NCBI GenBank assembly: GCA_016839555.1 | Contig: JAEOUA010000012.1 | Location: 288,001 to 352,000 of the forward strand | Source of the DNA: Promethearchaeota archaeon | Lineage (GTDB): Archaea > Asgardarchaeota > Lokiarchaeia > Sigyniarchaeales > SOKP01 | Reading direction: 5' to 3' | Length of the DNA stretch: 64,000 bases | Part shown: one piece after another, positions 39,814-49,243 of the stretch | Position numbering within the stretch: position 1 is the first letter of the stretch | How the letters are laid out: each line of letters starts with the position of its first letter | Translations under genes and position numbers: made by a program | The notes under the pieces: generated by a model | Seen by the model: only the letters and a program-made list of their open reading frames with translations | Told to the model about the DNA's origin: nothing | Database searches by the model: none

Positions 39814-40851
39814 ATGAAGGTAAATTATTTAGATAAATTTAAAGGTACATTAATTGGTCTAACGATTGGAGATATATTAGGATATCCCTTTAGGGGTAAA
39901 TTAAGAACTGACATTGCTTCTGAATTCAGCTTTTTTGAAAATAATAATAATTTTGAGGATTTTGAAACCTTTTTATTAAAAAATAAAAAAAAATTCAAAT
40001 CATATACGAATAATACTCAATTAGCTTTACATTTTTCGGAAGCATTGATAAAAGGAAATGGATTTGATATCAAACAAATTTTAAGAGAATTCCTTATTTG
40101 GTTAGATGATCCTCCTATAGGAAGTTGCTATGGCACCCTTTCTACTATAAAAAAGATTAAAAAAGGAATACGATGGGATAAAGCAGCCTCAAATAGTGGT
40201 GGTAGTGGTACATTATCAAGGGTAGTTCCTATTGGACTTTTTTATTGTAGAGATCTAAAACAATTAGACATAATGGCCGAAAAGTCGAGTTTTATAACAC
40301 ATTCACACAACGCAGCATCTATAGGAGCAATACTGCTCGCTAGAACAATAGCTTATCTACTTACAAAAATAAAGGAGATGCCGTTTTCCATCGAAGATTT
40401 CTCCAATAAATTGATTTCTTCGATTTTAAATATAAACGGGAATGATAATATTAAAGAAGAATATATTGATAACCTATATAAATTAATAAACAATCTTTCA
40501 GTTTCAGTTGAGTCAGGATTAATAAAATTTTCTCAAATTGGAGTAAATTCGCCCTATTTTATAGAAGAATTTTTAGGAAAAGCATTTATACATCCTTATT
40601 CGATGAGTACTATAATTTGCTCATTATTCCTTTTTCTAAAAAATAGAGCCTCATTTAAAAAATGTATTTTAATTTTTGCAAGTGCCGGAGGAGGCAGTAC
40701 AGTTGGAGCAATCGGAGGAGCCCTAGCTGGAGCTTATTTTGGATATTCTGAAATCCCAAACAATTTACTGAAATTCATTAAAAATCACAAAAAAATTTTG
40801 ACTATAGCAGAAAGACTTTATAATAAATTTGAAGCTAATAAATATAAATAA
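39814..40851 (+). CDS. ADP-ribosylglycohydrolase-family protein with degenerate catalytic motifs
   Basis: GTLIGLTIGDILG, ITH, GAIGGALAGAYFGYSEIP fold motifs; TDD replaced by TNN and DxD absent. Confidence 0.85.
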   Translation: MKVNYLDKFKGTLIGLTIGDILGYPFRGKLRTDIASEFSFFENNNNFEDFETFLLKNKKKFKSYTNNTQLALHFSEALIKGNGFDIKQILREFLIWLDDPPIGSCYGTLSTIKKIKKGIRWDKAASNSGGSGTLSRVVPIGLFYCRDLKQLDIMAEKSSFITHSHNAASIGAILLARTIAYLLTKIKEMPFSIEDFSNKLISSILNINGNDNIKEEYIDNLYKLINNLSVSVESGLIKFSQIGVNSPYFIEEFLGKAFIHPYSMSTIICSLFLFLKNRASFKKCILIFASAGGGSTVGAIGGALAGAYFGYSEIPNNLLKFIKNHKKILTIAERLYNKFEANKYK

Positions 40852-41020
40852 ACAAATTTAGTAAAAGGAAAAAGCAATAAAAAATTTCTTAAGAATTGAA
40901 AAGCAATTAAAAATTAAATATATATATATAAATTTTAGCTAATTCTAATAAAAAAGTTAAAAATTAACAAAGAATTACCTAATAATATCTTATTCGAATT
41001 TTTAATTCAACCCCTTTTTT

Positions 41021-41124
41021 GGGAGGGTAGTCTAGCTTGGTAAGAACTAGTATCTAAAGTTAGCTCCCAAACTGATTCCTGGTTTGGGACCAGGAGGTCG
41101 CGCGTTCGAATCGCGTCCCTCCCA
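41021..41124 (+). tRNA. tRNA-Pro(UGG) with a 30-nt intron (41043-41072) in the D-loop region; CCA not encoded
   Basis: Acceptor GGGAGGG/CCCTCCC, anticodon arm CCTGG-TT TGG GA-CCAGG, T arm GCGCG-TTCGAAT-CGCGT; removing 41043-41072 gives a 74-nt cloverleaf with GGTATGAT; followed by a T-run. Confidence 0.93.
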
Positions 41125-41313
41125 TTTTTCTCCCCTTTCATAAATTTACGAATTAAGTATAAATTAAAAAGGAAAAAAAGAAAAAAAATTTATCAGATAA
41201 TGGAAAAGTAAAGTTTTATTAAATTCCTAAAATTCTTATGAGTAACAATTATTATCCTAATCATTTTTGTTTAATATTATGGATATTTGTTAAAAAAAAA
41301 ATTGGTTTTAAAA

Positions 41314-41577
41314 TTGGTAAAAGGAACAGTAAAATGGTTTGATTCTAGAAAAGGTTTTGGCTTTATACAATCGGAAGAAGGTAATGATATATTTGTTCAT
41401 TATTCAGCAATAGTTGCAAACGATGATAATTATAAGTCTCTTAATGAAAACGATGAAGTTGATTTTGAAATTGTACAAGGACAAAAAGGACCCAAAGCAG
41501 AAAAAGTAGTCGTAACTAAAAAAGCTGAAAACCAGAGAGGCAGTCTGTATAGTAGTGGAAAAGGTTTTCGTATTTAA
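41314..41577 (+). CDS. Cold-shock domain protein (start TTG 41314 preferred over 41287)
   Basis: [32 protein letters not shown]. Confidence 0.93.
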   Translation: MVKGTVKWFDSRKGFGFIQSEEGNDIFVHYSAIVANDDNYKSLNENDEVDFEIVQGQKGPKAEKVVVTKKAENQRGSLYSSGKGFRI

Positions 41578-41737
41578 CTTTCTAAAAATTCATTTCTTTA
41601 AAAGAATTAATCATTTAGTATAGTTTTAATATAAATTAGCAAAATCTCTTTTTACGATTATATTTTAATCTTAAATCTTTTTTTTTATTCATTCAATATA
41701 CTTAATCCAAGATAATTTAATTATAAGTTTATAAATG

Positions 41738-42094
41738 TTAACTTTCCTCAATAGGAGCCTTAAAAATTACAGTTATAAAGAACTCAATCATTAACCCGAA
41801 AAGGGCGTTTATAATAGGAATTCCTAGAATAACTAACAACTCAACACCCATAATTATATCATATAAAAAGAATGGTAAGCCAATAATTTCTCCTAATAAT
41901 AATCCATGAATAAACCATTTCATTCGCAAAGCAGAGATTCCAATTACAAATCCTATCAAAGTTCTATTAACTATGATAAACAAAAAGCGTAATATATCGA
42001 CTTGAATATTTAAAATGATGGTCCCTAAATAACATATAATACCAGCAACAACTCCAAAAAGGGTAGCTATCATAATTCTCTTTAAATAAGCCAT
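41738..42094 (-). CDS. Small 4-TM membrane protein
   Basis: Four hydrophobic helices, NRTLIGFVIG; AGGAG SD upstream. Confidence 0.7.
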   Translation of the reverse strand: MAYLKRIMIATLFGVVAGIICYLGTIILNIQVDILRFLFIIVNRTLIGFVIGISALRMKWFIHGLLLGEIIGLPFFLYDIIMGVELLVILGIPIINALFGLMIEFFITVIFKAPIEES

Positions 42095-42278
42095 TATTAA
42101 AATCTCCTTTTATTATTTCGTTATTAATTCGAAAATAATATAATAATAATAATTAACACAACAAATATATATAAGATATATTTTAAAAATTCAAAATAAA
42201 ACTAATTTTATTCACAAATTATATTATTTTTATTATTATATTAAAGATAATAAAAAGAAAGAAAGAATCGATAATTAT

Positions 42279-42821
42279 TTAAGACTTTTTTTTAATAAGT
42301 GAATTAATTCCAGCTATTAATGCCCAGCAAATTGCGATTATAAGACATATAAACTTAAATAGAGCAAAAAAGGAATGGATGATCGCTATCACATCTGGAA
42401 AACCCGTAGGATTTGCCACCGTTATTAGGATAATTGCATTTTCCAACGCATCTAATATTGCTCCTAGAATTCCTATCATAGCTATAATAATTCCACTTTT
42501 AGCCCATTTTGAGGCTTCTTCATATTTTCTACTAATTAGCAATGCTAGAGAAAAAGCAAGTAATCCATAGCTAGCCATAAATCCATAATCAAATAGCTGT
42601 GCGACTATATAAGAGCCTAAATCCGGTGTGGCTGAATACCACTCTTTAAGTTTTTGTCCACTAAAAGATAATTGACTTGTGGTGAAGTCAACAGGAAAGC
42701 CTGATATTGTATAAAAGTACATCATTAAAGGTATGGCAATAATAAACCCAATTATAGCCAGAATTAATAATATCTTAAGAATCTTCTTTGAGGGCCATGA
42801 GGATAATCTATCTAAAATCAT
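42279..42821 (-). CDS. 4-TM membrane protein of unknown function
   Basis: Hydrophobic helices with DYGF and DALEN motifs. Confidence 0.7.
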   Translation of the reverse strand: MILDRLSSWPSKKILKILLILAIIGFIIAIPLMMYFYTISGFPVDFTTSQLSFSGQKLKEWYSATPDLGSYIVAQLFDYGFMASYGLLAFSLALLISRKYEEASKWAKSGIIIAMIGILGAILDALENAIILITVANPTGFPDVIAIIHSFFALFKFICLIIAICWALIAGINSLIKKKS

Positions 42822-42854
42822 AATGAATCACATAAATATTGTTTAAGGTTGTAT

Positions 42855-43913
42855 TTAAGCATTATTTTGAGCTAATATCTTTTTAACTTCTGCTGAAACT
42901 TTCTCCATCTTTCCGTCTTCGATCCAATATCTTATCTTTTTTGATTTAAGGAGGGATTGGATTTTTTCGTTTAAATTGAGTAATTTTTGCTTCTCTTCCT
43001 CGGATAATTGTGGGACTTCTTCCTCCACTCTTTCTTTTACTTCCTTGATTTCTTCCATTATTACTGGAATTTCAATTTGTTCCTTTCCTTCTTCAATTAC
43101 TCTTCTTCTTATTATTTCTTTAATGTTCCTAATCCAACCCTCTATCCAGGGATAATTTCCTTGTTTCTTAGGATCTTCAATATTTATATCGCTACGTTCT
43201 ACAATAATAAGATTATCAGGACAAGAATTTTCACAAGCACCACAATAAAAGCATTCATCCTCATTACATGCTATTTTACCATATTTTTTTACTTCTTCAG
43301 CAGTTTTGGGAATAAAAAATGATTCTACGGGACAAATATTCACACACGCTTTACATCCCGTCGGATCACATTTCCAAAGCATATGTTCTTTAAGAATTAC
43401 TTCTCCACTAATAGGGGAACTTATTTTAAAACACTGTGTAGGACATTCTTGCTGAATTTTATAATAATCTTTGACTCTGTTCCTTTCTCGAGCATCTAAA
43501 CATAATTGACAAATTTCATTAGATTTATCCTCAATACATTTCTCCTCTTCAATTTCGTAAAAATGTGAAAGATGGGGATATTCATCCATATTAATTTGCC
43601 CTTCCGGCATAATGTGTTCATGAAATGCATCATTAGGACAAACAATAGCGCATAACATACAATAACAACATTTATCATGGTCTATCATGATTTTTGGATT
43701 TGATTCATCTATTAGACCCTGAGCTATCTCTGGAACAGGACCAATTTCTATGGCATCGACAGGACATACTAACTTGCATAAACTACATCCAATGCACTTC
43801 TCTATATCATAAGTTAATTTTTTATTCACATCCTTGAATTTCCATTTTAAAATGAGTTTATTCGGTTCTATGTCCATCCCTTTTTCTATTTCATCCTCTT
43901 CCTTCTGATCCAC
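42855..43913 (-). CDS. Polyferredoxin (FwdF/MvhB-like multi-[4Fe-4S] protein)
   Basis: CIGCSLCKLVCP, CCYCMLCAIVCP, CKACVNICP, CFYCGACENSCP. Confidence 0.88.
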   Translation of the reverse strand: MDQKEEDEIEKGMDIEPNKLILKWKFKDVNKKLTYDIEKCIGCSLCKLVCPVDAIEIGPVPEIAQGLIDESNPKIMIDHDKCCYCMLCAIVCPNDAFHEHIMPEGQINMDEYPHLSHFYEIEEEKCIEDKSNEICQLCLDARERNRVKDYYKIQQECPTQCFKISSPISGEVILKEHMLWKCDPTGCKACVNICPVESFFIPKTAEEVKKYGKIACNEDECFYCGACENSCPDNLIIVERSDINIEDPKKQGNYPWIEGWIRNIKEIIRRRVIEEGKEQIEIPVIMEEIKEVKERVEEEVPQLSEEEKQKLLNLNEKIQSLLKSKKIRYWIEDGKMEKVSAEVKKILAQNNA

Positions 43914-44271
43914 TTTATCCTTTTTTGCTTTGGAAATAAAAAGGTCACCTTCTAATATTTTCTATTAGTAAAATACTACATTTCTACTTATTTTTATTGT
44001 TTTGTTTTTATTCTAAAATTAATATTTGAATTATTTTCTATAAACGCTTTAAAAGTGAATAAAAAATCATGATATAATTTCTGTTTGATTATAAAAGATT
44101 ACACTAAAAAGATTTTCTTGAAATCTTTATTTAATTTTATAGATCTTTCCAATTCTATATCTCTTGTGGGCAGCTAAACATAATTGAATGATAAATTATT
44201 TAATATCGTATTCTTATTGTATTATTTCATATTAAGAATAATAATTAAGAATTTTAATTCATAAGTACATT

Positions 44272-45792
44272 TCAATTAAGATCAAATAAATGTGGAAATT
44301 TTTCTCTTACATCTTTTAAGAATGTAGCAGGATAATGTTTCATATTATTTATTGCCATCGTAATAATAAAGAAATATTTTTGCCTTATCTCTTTCATATC
44401 TTCTCTTTGACCAATTCTATTTTTGGAAATAGTTTTAAAAAGATCTAAATGGAAATCTCGAAAATTATATGTGATATCTATAAAATTAACCTCATTTGAA
44501 GGATTTAGAAGAAGTGCTGTATATTTTTGGTTTTCAAACTTCCACCATTCCTTAAAGAAAAATTTGGTACCATATTTAGTTTCATATTTCTTCATATTAT
44601 CATAAGTTTCTGATCCTGGCCACCATCCATATCTAAAAATATGGGGAAGTAAGTAATGTTTATTTCTTACTAAAGCTCTCAAGAATTCTATTGTTTGCGA
44701 TAATGTTTTATTTGTCTCTCCTGGGTGTCCAATAATTGTATTAATACTGTGAAATATTTGATTTTCGTCAAGTTTCTTAGAAGCATAAACAATTTGTCTC
44801 AAATATTTATTTGGTTGTCGAGTTTTATTTAAAATCTTAAGCATCTTCTCACAACCTCCATCCATCCCAAATTCAATCATAAATTTTAGTTTTTTTATAT
44901 AAGTGATTTCCTTGTCTGGTTTAAATAAATCTAACCTAGTTTGTGCACCATAATATTGTTCAGGGGCTTTTTTTATTAATTCCTTATATAGTTTTATACG
45001 AAAATCATAATTTCCAAATAATGGATCTGAAATAGAAACAACATAAAATAGATTTTTTCTATCCCTAAATCTCTGGTTTATCGATAAAATTGCGTTTAAA
45101 GCTTCATTTAAGGGTAATCTTCTAACTGTGCGATAACATTTAGTTAAATTATTATTTGGATCTTGACAAAAATTACATCTAAAGCTACATCCTCTACTCA
45201 AGAATAAGGGAAAAAACACATAAATATTTGGATTTGGATTTTTAATATAATCAAGAGATTCTGCCAGCGACCAATCTATGTTTACGAATTCATTTACCGA
45301 TAAAGGTTCGCAATTTATTATTTTGGGTTTTATTGGACGCTTGAAATTAATAAATAATTTCTTTAACAATTTATATAGCTCTACTTCTGCCTCTCCTGCA
45401 AATATATAATCAAAAGGAGATTCTGGATATGAAAAATCATTTGGATAAATGGAAGGATGGCGCCCTCCTACAAATATGCAAGAATTCGGGTATAATTTCC
45501 TTATAGTATTTCCCAAGAAAATTGAATCTAAATATAAACTAGATGAATAACAGCTCACCCCAAAAAATTTAAAATCATCATAAATACTTAAATAATCATT
45601 TAATTTTTTTTCTCTGTTTTCTAGATTAATTTTTTGTGCAAGATCTAAAATTTCAACATGGATATCTAAATGCTTCTTAAGATAAGTAGCAATAAATAAT
45701 ATTTGGCTTGGAGGATGAGCGAAGTCTGTTCGTTTTGGTGTATTACAATCCATAGGATAAATTAAAAGTAATTTATTTTTAATTTTTGACAC
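44272..45792 (-). CDS. Cobalamin-binding radical SAM protein
   Basis: N-terminal B12-binding domain (VGGRHPS, GEAE), SRGCSFRCNFC, IIGHPGET. Confidence 0.9.
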   Translation of the reverse strand: MSKIKNKLLLIYPMDCNTPKRTDFAHPPSQILFIATYLKKHLDIHVEILDLAQKINLENREKKLNDYLSIYDDFKFFGVSCYSSSLYLDSIFLGNTIRKLYPNSCIFVGGRHPSIYPNDFSYPESPFDYIFAGEAEVELYKLLKKLFINFKRPIKPKIINCEPLSVNEFVNIDWSLAESLDYIKNPNPNIYVFFPLFLSRGCSFRCNFCQDPNNNLTKCYRTVRRLPLNEALNAILSINQRFRDRKNLFYVVSISDPLFGNYDFRIKLYKELIKKAPEQYYGAQTRLDLFKPDKEITYIKKLKFMIEFGMDGGCEKMLKILNKTRQPNKYLRQIVYASKKLDENQIFHSINTIIGHPGETNKTLSQTIEFLRALVRNKHYLLPHIFRYGWWPGSETYDNMKKYETKYGTKFFFKEWWKFENQKYTALLLNPSNEVNFIDITYNFRDFHLDLFKTISKNRIGQREDMKEIRQKYFFIITMAINNMKHYPATFLKDVREKFPHLFDLN

Positions 45793-46134
45793 CAGTTATA
45801 AAATTTATAATTGAAACTTATCAAATAAATCTCAATTTTTATTTATAAAAATAACACAAAAATAATAGTTCCTTTAGTGATAAAAAAAAGGAATAAAATA
45901 TAATTATTTGATATAGTTTTATAAAAATGTGAAGTTTTCAAATAATTCAATAAAACTTAAATAATTTCGGGAAAATAACCAAGTAAATATTTTGGTATTA
46001 AAAATTCTCTTATATTTTGTTATTTAAAGAGATTTAAAATTATTATATAAAAAGGAAAAAGAAATTAATTGAATTAAAGAATTAAATATTAAAAAAGAAA
46101 AATTATTACAAAATAAGCTTATTTTATTATATCA

Positions 46135-46590
46135 TTATTCCAATTTATATTTAGTTAAGAGCGTTGGGTCAGTATTTTCAGTAGATTTAGTTAATTCTGC
46201 TGCTGCCTTGGAATAACGCATGGCTAATGCTATCTCTCCATCTATTTTTAATTTATTTGCCATTAATGCTTTAATAGGATCTAATTCTTGAAAAGCAATT
46301 TTTTTCCAAGTATACATTGGAGCACTCACGGAAAGGATGGGCTCTCTTGGAGGGTCCTCATTTGGTCTTAAGACTTTTATCTCTATACATTTTCCAACTT
46401 TTAAATCTAAAAATAATTTTAAATCATCTTCCACTTCTCCAGAACCTTCCATCAAATATAACATCGCTCCCTCTTGATCAATGCCCCAATTTTTAGCCGC
46501 CTCTTCATAGTCTTTATTATTATTTAAGGCTTCACAATATTCTTTGGCCCATTTTTCAGCTTCTTCTTTTAAATCTTCGAATTTTACCAT
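46135..46590 (-). CDS. SCP2 sterol/lipid-binding domain protein
   Basis: WAKEYCEALN..YEEAAKNW; LDPIKALMANKLKIDG. Confidence 0.85.
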   Translation of the reverse strand: MVKFEDLKEEAEKWAKEYCEALNNNKDYEEAAKNWGIDQEGAMLYLMEGSGEVEDDLKLFLDLKVGKCIEIKVLRPNEDPPREPILSVSAPMYTWKKIAFQELDPIKALMANKLKIDGEIALAMRYSKAAAELTKSTENTDPTLLTKYKLE

Positions 46591-46899
46591 TATATTCCTC
46601 TTTTAATTATAATTTAATTTGTGTATGTTTAATATTATATTTAAGAGAATTTAAAGGTTAGTGATGATCAACATTGCTCATAACATAAAATTTAGATCTT
46701 CAACTAAATAAAAATTGAGAATCTTTTTCTTTTTCTTCTTTCCTTTTTTTATTTTATATAAACATTGATACAAGATTTTAAAAATAATACAATTCAAAAA
46801 TAAGGAATAAATTTTTTTTGAGGCTATTGGTAATAAAAATAACATTAACGCATTATAAATATTAATTTTCTCTATAGTAAACATAAAAAAATTGATAAT

Positions 46900-47820
46900 T
46901 TGATGGTTTACCTTTCCCAAGAATTTCTTAACAATAGAATAACAAAATTAGAAGCAATTGTAAATAATTCATTTGATGAAGCTAAAAGAGTTGAAAGTAT
47001 TTATATCTTAAAAGATCTTGCGGTTAAGAATGAAGAATTTTTTACTTTTTTTGAAAATTTATTAATTTCAGATGCTAATCCCAAAATTAGGAATTTAGCG
47101 GTTAAAATTATAAAGAATCATTATCTAGAAAAAGCTTTTGAGCCGATGTGTTGGGCATATAAGCATGAAAATTCAATTGAATGCATATTAAATATTATCT
47201 CTACTCTTGGTAAGATTAATAATCAATTATCAAAAGAATATTTAGTTGAAAAATTGTTTCCAATAAAAATCCCACAATTTCGTAATTATATTGATAAATT
47301 ACTAGAAAGAAACGAAATTTATAACCTTAGTTCCAAAAATCTTGCCAATTTACTTAAAAATTATCATATTATAAACGATTTTATCTCTAATTTTGAACTA
47401 ATTAAATATAAGATCAAAGATGGACGCATTATCGATTTAGATTTCTCTTTTACGTATAATAATGGATTCACCCAAAGCATTATCGAACAATTACCTCGAA
47501 TTATCGAAGACTTAAAAGATCTCCGTTCATTGAATTTAAAATATAACAAATTAAAAATGGTTCCCAACTTTATTAAAAAATTAAAATCACTTAAATATTT
47601 GAATTTATCTAATAATCAAATTAATATAATACCCCATTACATTTCTGAAATGAATTTATTGGAACATTTAGATTTAAGCTGGAATTATTTGAATACTATG
47701 CCCCCCCAAATAAGTCTTCTCAAAAATTTAAAAATTTTAAATTTAAAACATAATAAAATTCAATGTTTGAGTGAACCTTTAATCGAATTAAAAAAACGGG
47801 GGCTAAATGTTCAGATATAA
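46900..47820 (+). CDS. HEAT-like N-terminus plus leucine-rich repeat protein
   Basis: Four LxxLxLxxNxL/I repeats (LRSLNLKYNKL, LKYLNLSNNQI, LEHLDLSWNYL, LKILNLKHNKI); N-terminal ENLLISD..PKIR. Confidence 0.85.
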   Translation: MMVYLSQEFLNNRITKLEAIVNNSFDEAKRVESIYILKDLAVKNEEFFTFFENLLISDANPKIRNLAVKIIKNHYLEKAFEPMCWAYKHENSIECILNIISTLGKINNQLSKEYLVEKLFPIKIPQFRNYIDKLLERNEIYNLSSKNLANLLKNYHIINDFISNFELIKYKIKDGRIIDLDFSFTYNNGFTQSIIEQLPRIIEDLKDLRSLNLKYNKLKMVPNFIKKLKSLKYLNLSNNQINIIPHYISEMNLLEHLDLSWNYLNTMPPQISLLKNLKILNLKHNKIQCLSEPLIELKKRGLNVQI

Positions 47821-47846
47821 TTATAACTTAAATAAAAAATAAAAAC

Positions 47847-48347
47847 TTAGGAATAATAAGAATAACTAGCTTTATCAAATCCTTTCACATATTCGATAAC
47901 TATTCCATCTGGTCTTTTTTGAGGAGGAACATAGGTAATATGTAAATCTGGAAAATATGCTCCAATTCCTTTCTTTGCTAAAATCATTGCGGGATGGTCT
48001 GCTTCCTTAAATATAGCTTCAGTTACTTTTAAAGTAGCCAATCTGCATGCCTCTTCATCAATAATTCCTAAAGAATGAAGATATTCATGTAAAAGAATAT
48101 GATAGGCATACGCCCAAATAATATTATGCGGTTTATCTTTCAATATTAATCGTAAAGCAGTTTTATTCATGATAATTGAGGTTCCAGGATGAAAATGCAT
48201 GCCCCCAATAAAGCCTCCTCTATACATGCCTAACTCTGCCAGGCCTAAGCTTAATCCAGCTCTCTGCCTACCATATACATGCTTTACATCTCCCTTGACC
48301 CTTTCAAAAATTTCCACTAATTCACTTTTAAACTCTTTTAGTTCCAT
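47847..48347 (-). CDS. Small putative zinc metalloprotease (HExxH)
   Basis: HILLHEYLHSLGIIDE; AGGTGA SD. Confidence 0.75.
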   Translation of the reverse strand: MELKEFKSELVEIFERVKGDVKHVYGRQRAGLSLGLAELGMYRGGFIGGMHFHPGTSIIMNKTALRLILKDKPHNIIWAYAYHILLHEYLHSLGIIDEEACRLATLKVTEAIFKEADHPAMILAKKGIGAYFPDLHITYVPPQKRPDGIVIEYVKGFDKASYSYYS

Positions 48348-48412
48348 AACCTAATATCACCTATTTCATTGGATATAATACTACTAGACATGTGTCTATA
48401 GAGAAAAAAAAA

Positions 48413-49198
48413 TTAAATGTCAAAAAACCAATCTTCATCAGTTGAGACAATGAAATCCATTGCTTTTGATAAGTCTCTTAATAGATGTTCTATAGAAGAT
48501 CTATGAGTCGCTCGAGAAATTCTATCTATATCAGAAAAAAACAATTCATCTAGAAGATTATCTATATTTATTTTTTGATTAAACTTTGCTGGTTGAAAAA
48601 ATAGAGTATATAAAATTTCTTTCTCTAAATTATCAAAGGTTGTCTTTTCTTGCTTAAGTTTATCTTTATATTTTTTTGCTATAAGATTTTTGAGTTCTAT
48701 TATAATGCCTTCCTTCTTTTGAAGCAATTCTCTCCGTTTTCTTTCCAATTCACATATATTATCTTCTATATTTTTAATTCGTTCACCTAAAAATTTAACC
48801 TTCTCATTAGGGGATTTAATCTTCTTATATATATTAGAATCTATAGCCTCCTTTAAGAACATTGCTTCTGAATCCGGTTTTATGTTAGTTGTTTTATAAT
48901 CAATATTATAATAATCTGGAGAAATATCCATTGTTAAAGAGAGATTTGACACTATCCTATATTTACCGCCTCTCTTTTCAGGATAAATTTTTTCAATGAT
49001 ATTAAAATTTTTTAAAATTTCTAATTGACTATGAACTGCTTGTCGAGAAATCCCTAATGCTTTATGTAATTCGGAGGTTGAATGAGGCACTTTTGCTAAT
49101 TTTGCTAAAATGACGCGCCTTGTAGGATTTCCCATTATTTCTAATAAATCATCTAAACTCATTTTTAAATTTGTTGATTCTTTCTCTTCTAACACCAT
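48413..49198 (-). CDS. ArsR-family winged-helix regulator with coiled coil (Phr/HSR1-like heat-shock regulator candidate)
   Basis: MGNPTRRVILAKL..PHSTSEL..ALGISRQAVHSQL; coiled-coil middle region; operonic with cdc48 and hsp20. Confidence 0.8.
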   Translation of the reverse strand: MVLEEKESTNLKMSLDDLLEIMGNPTRRVILAKLAKVPHSTSELHKALGISRQAVHSQLEILKNFNIIEKIYPEKRGGKYRIVSNLSLTMDISPDYYNIDYKTTNIKPDSEAMFLKEAIDSNIYKKIKSPNEKVKFLGERIKNIEDNICELERKRRELLQKKEGIIIELKNLIAKKYKDKLKQEKTTFDNLEKEILYTLFFQPAKFNQKINIDNLLDELFFSDIDRISRATHRSSIEHLLRDLSKAMDFIVSTDEDWFFDI

Positions 49199-49243
49199 TT
49201 TTATAATCCTCCTTATATTATTTAAAAATATTAAAAATTACTA

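Noticed and set aside
41031-41063. Alternative nested 12-nt intron in tRNA-Pro (GGTA/TATC helix)
   Set aside because: The bulge geometry is imperfect, and a single 30-nt intron with a perfect TTGG/CCAA helix already gives a canonical tRNA.
46678-46920. 80-aa minus-strand ORF
   Set aside because: Low-complexity AT-rich intergenic sequence with a poly-Lys run, overlapping the divergent promoter region.
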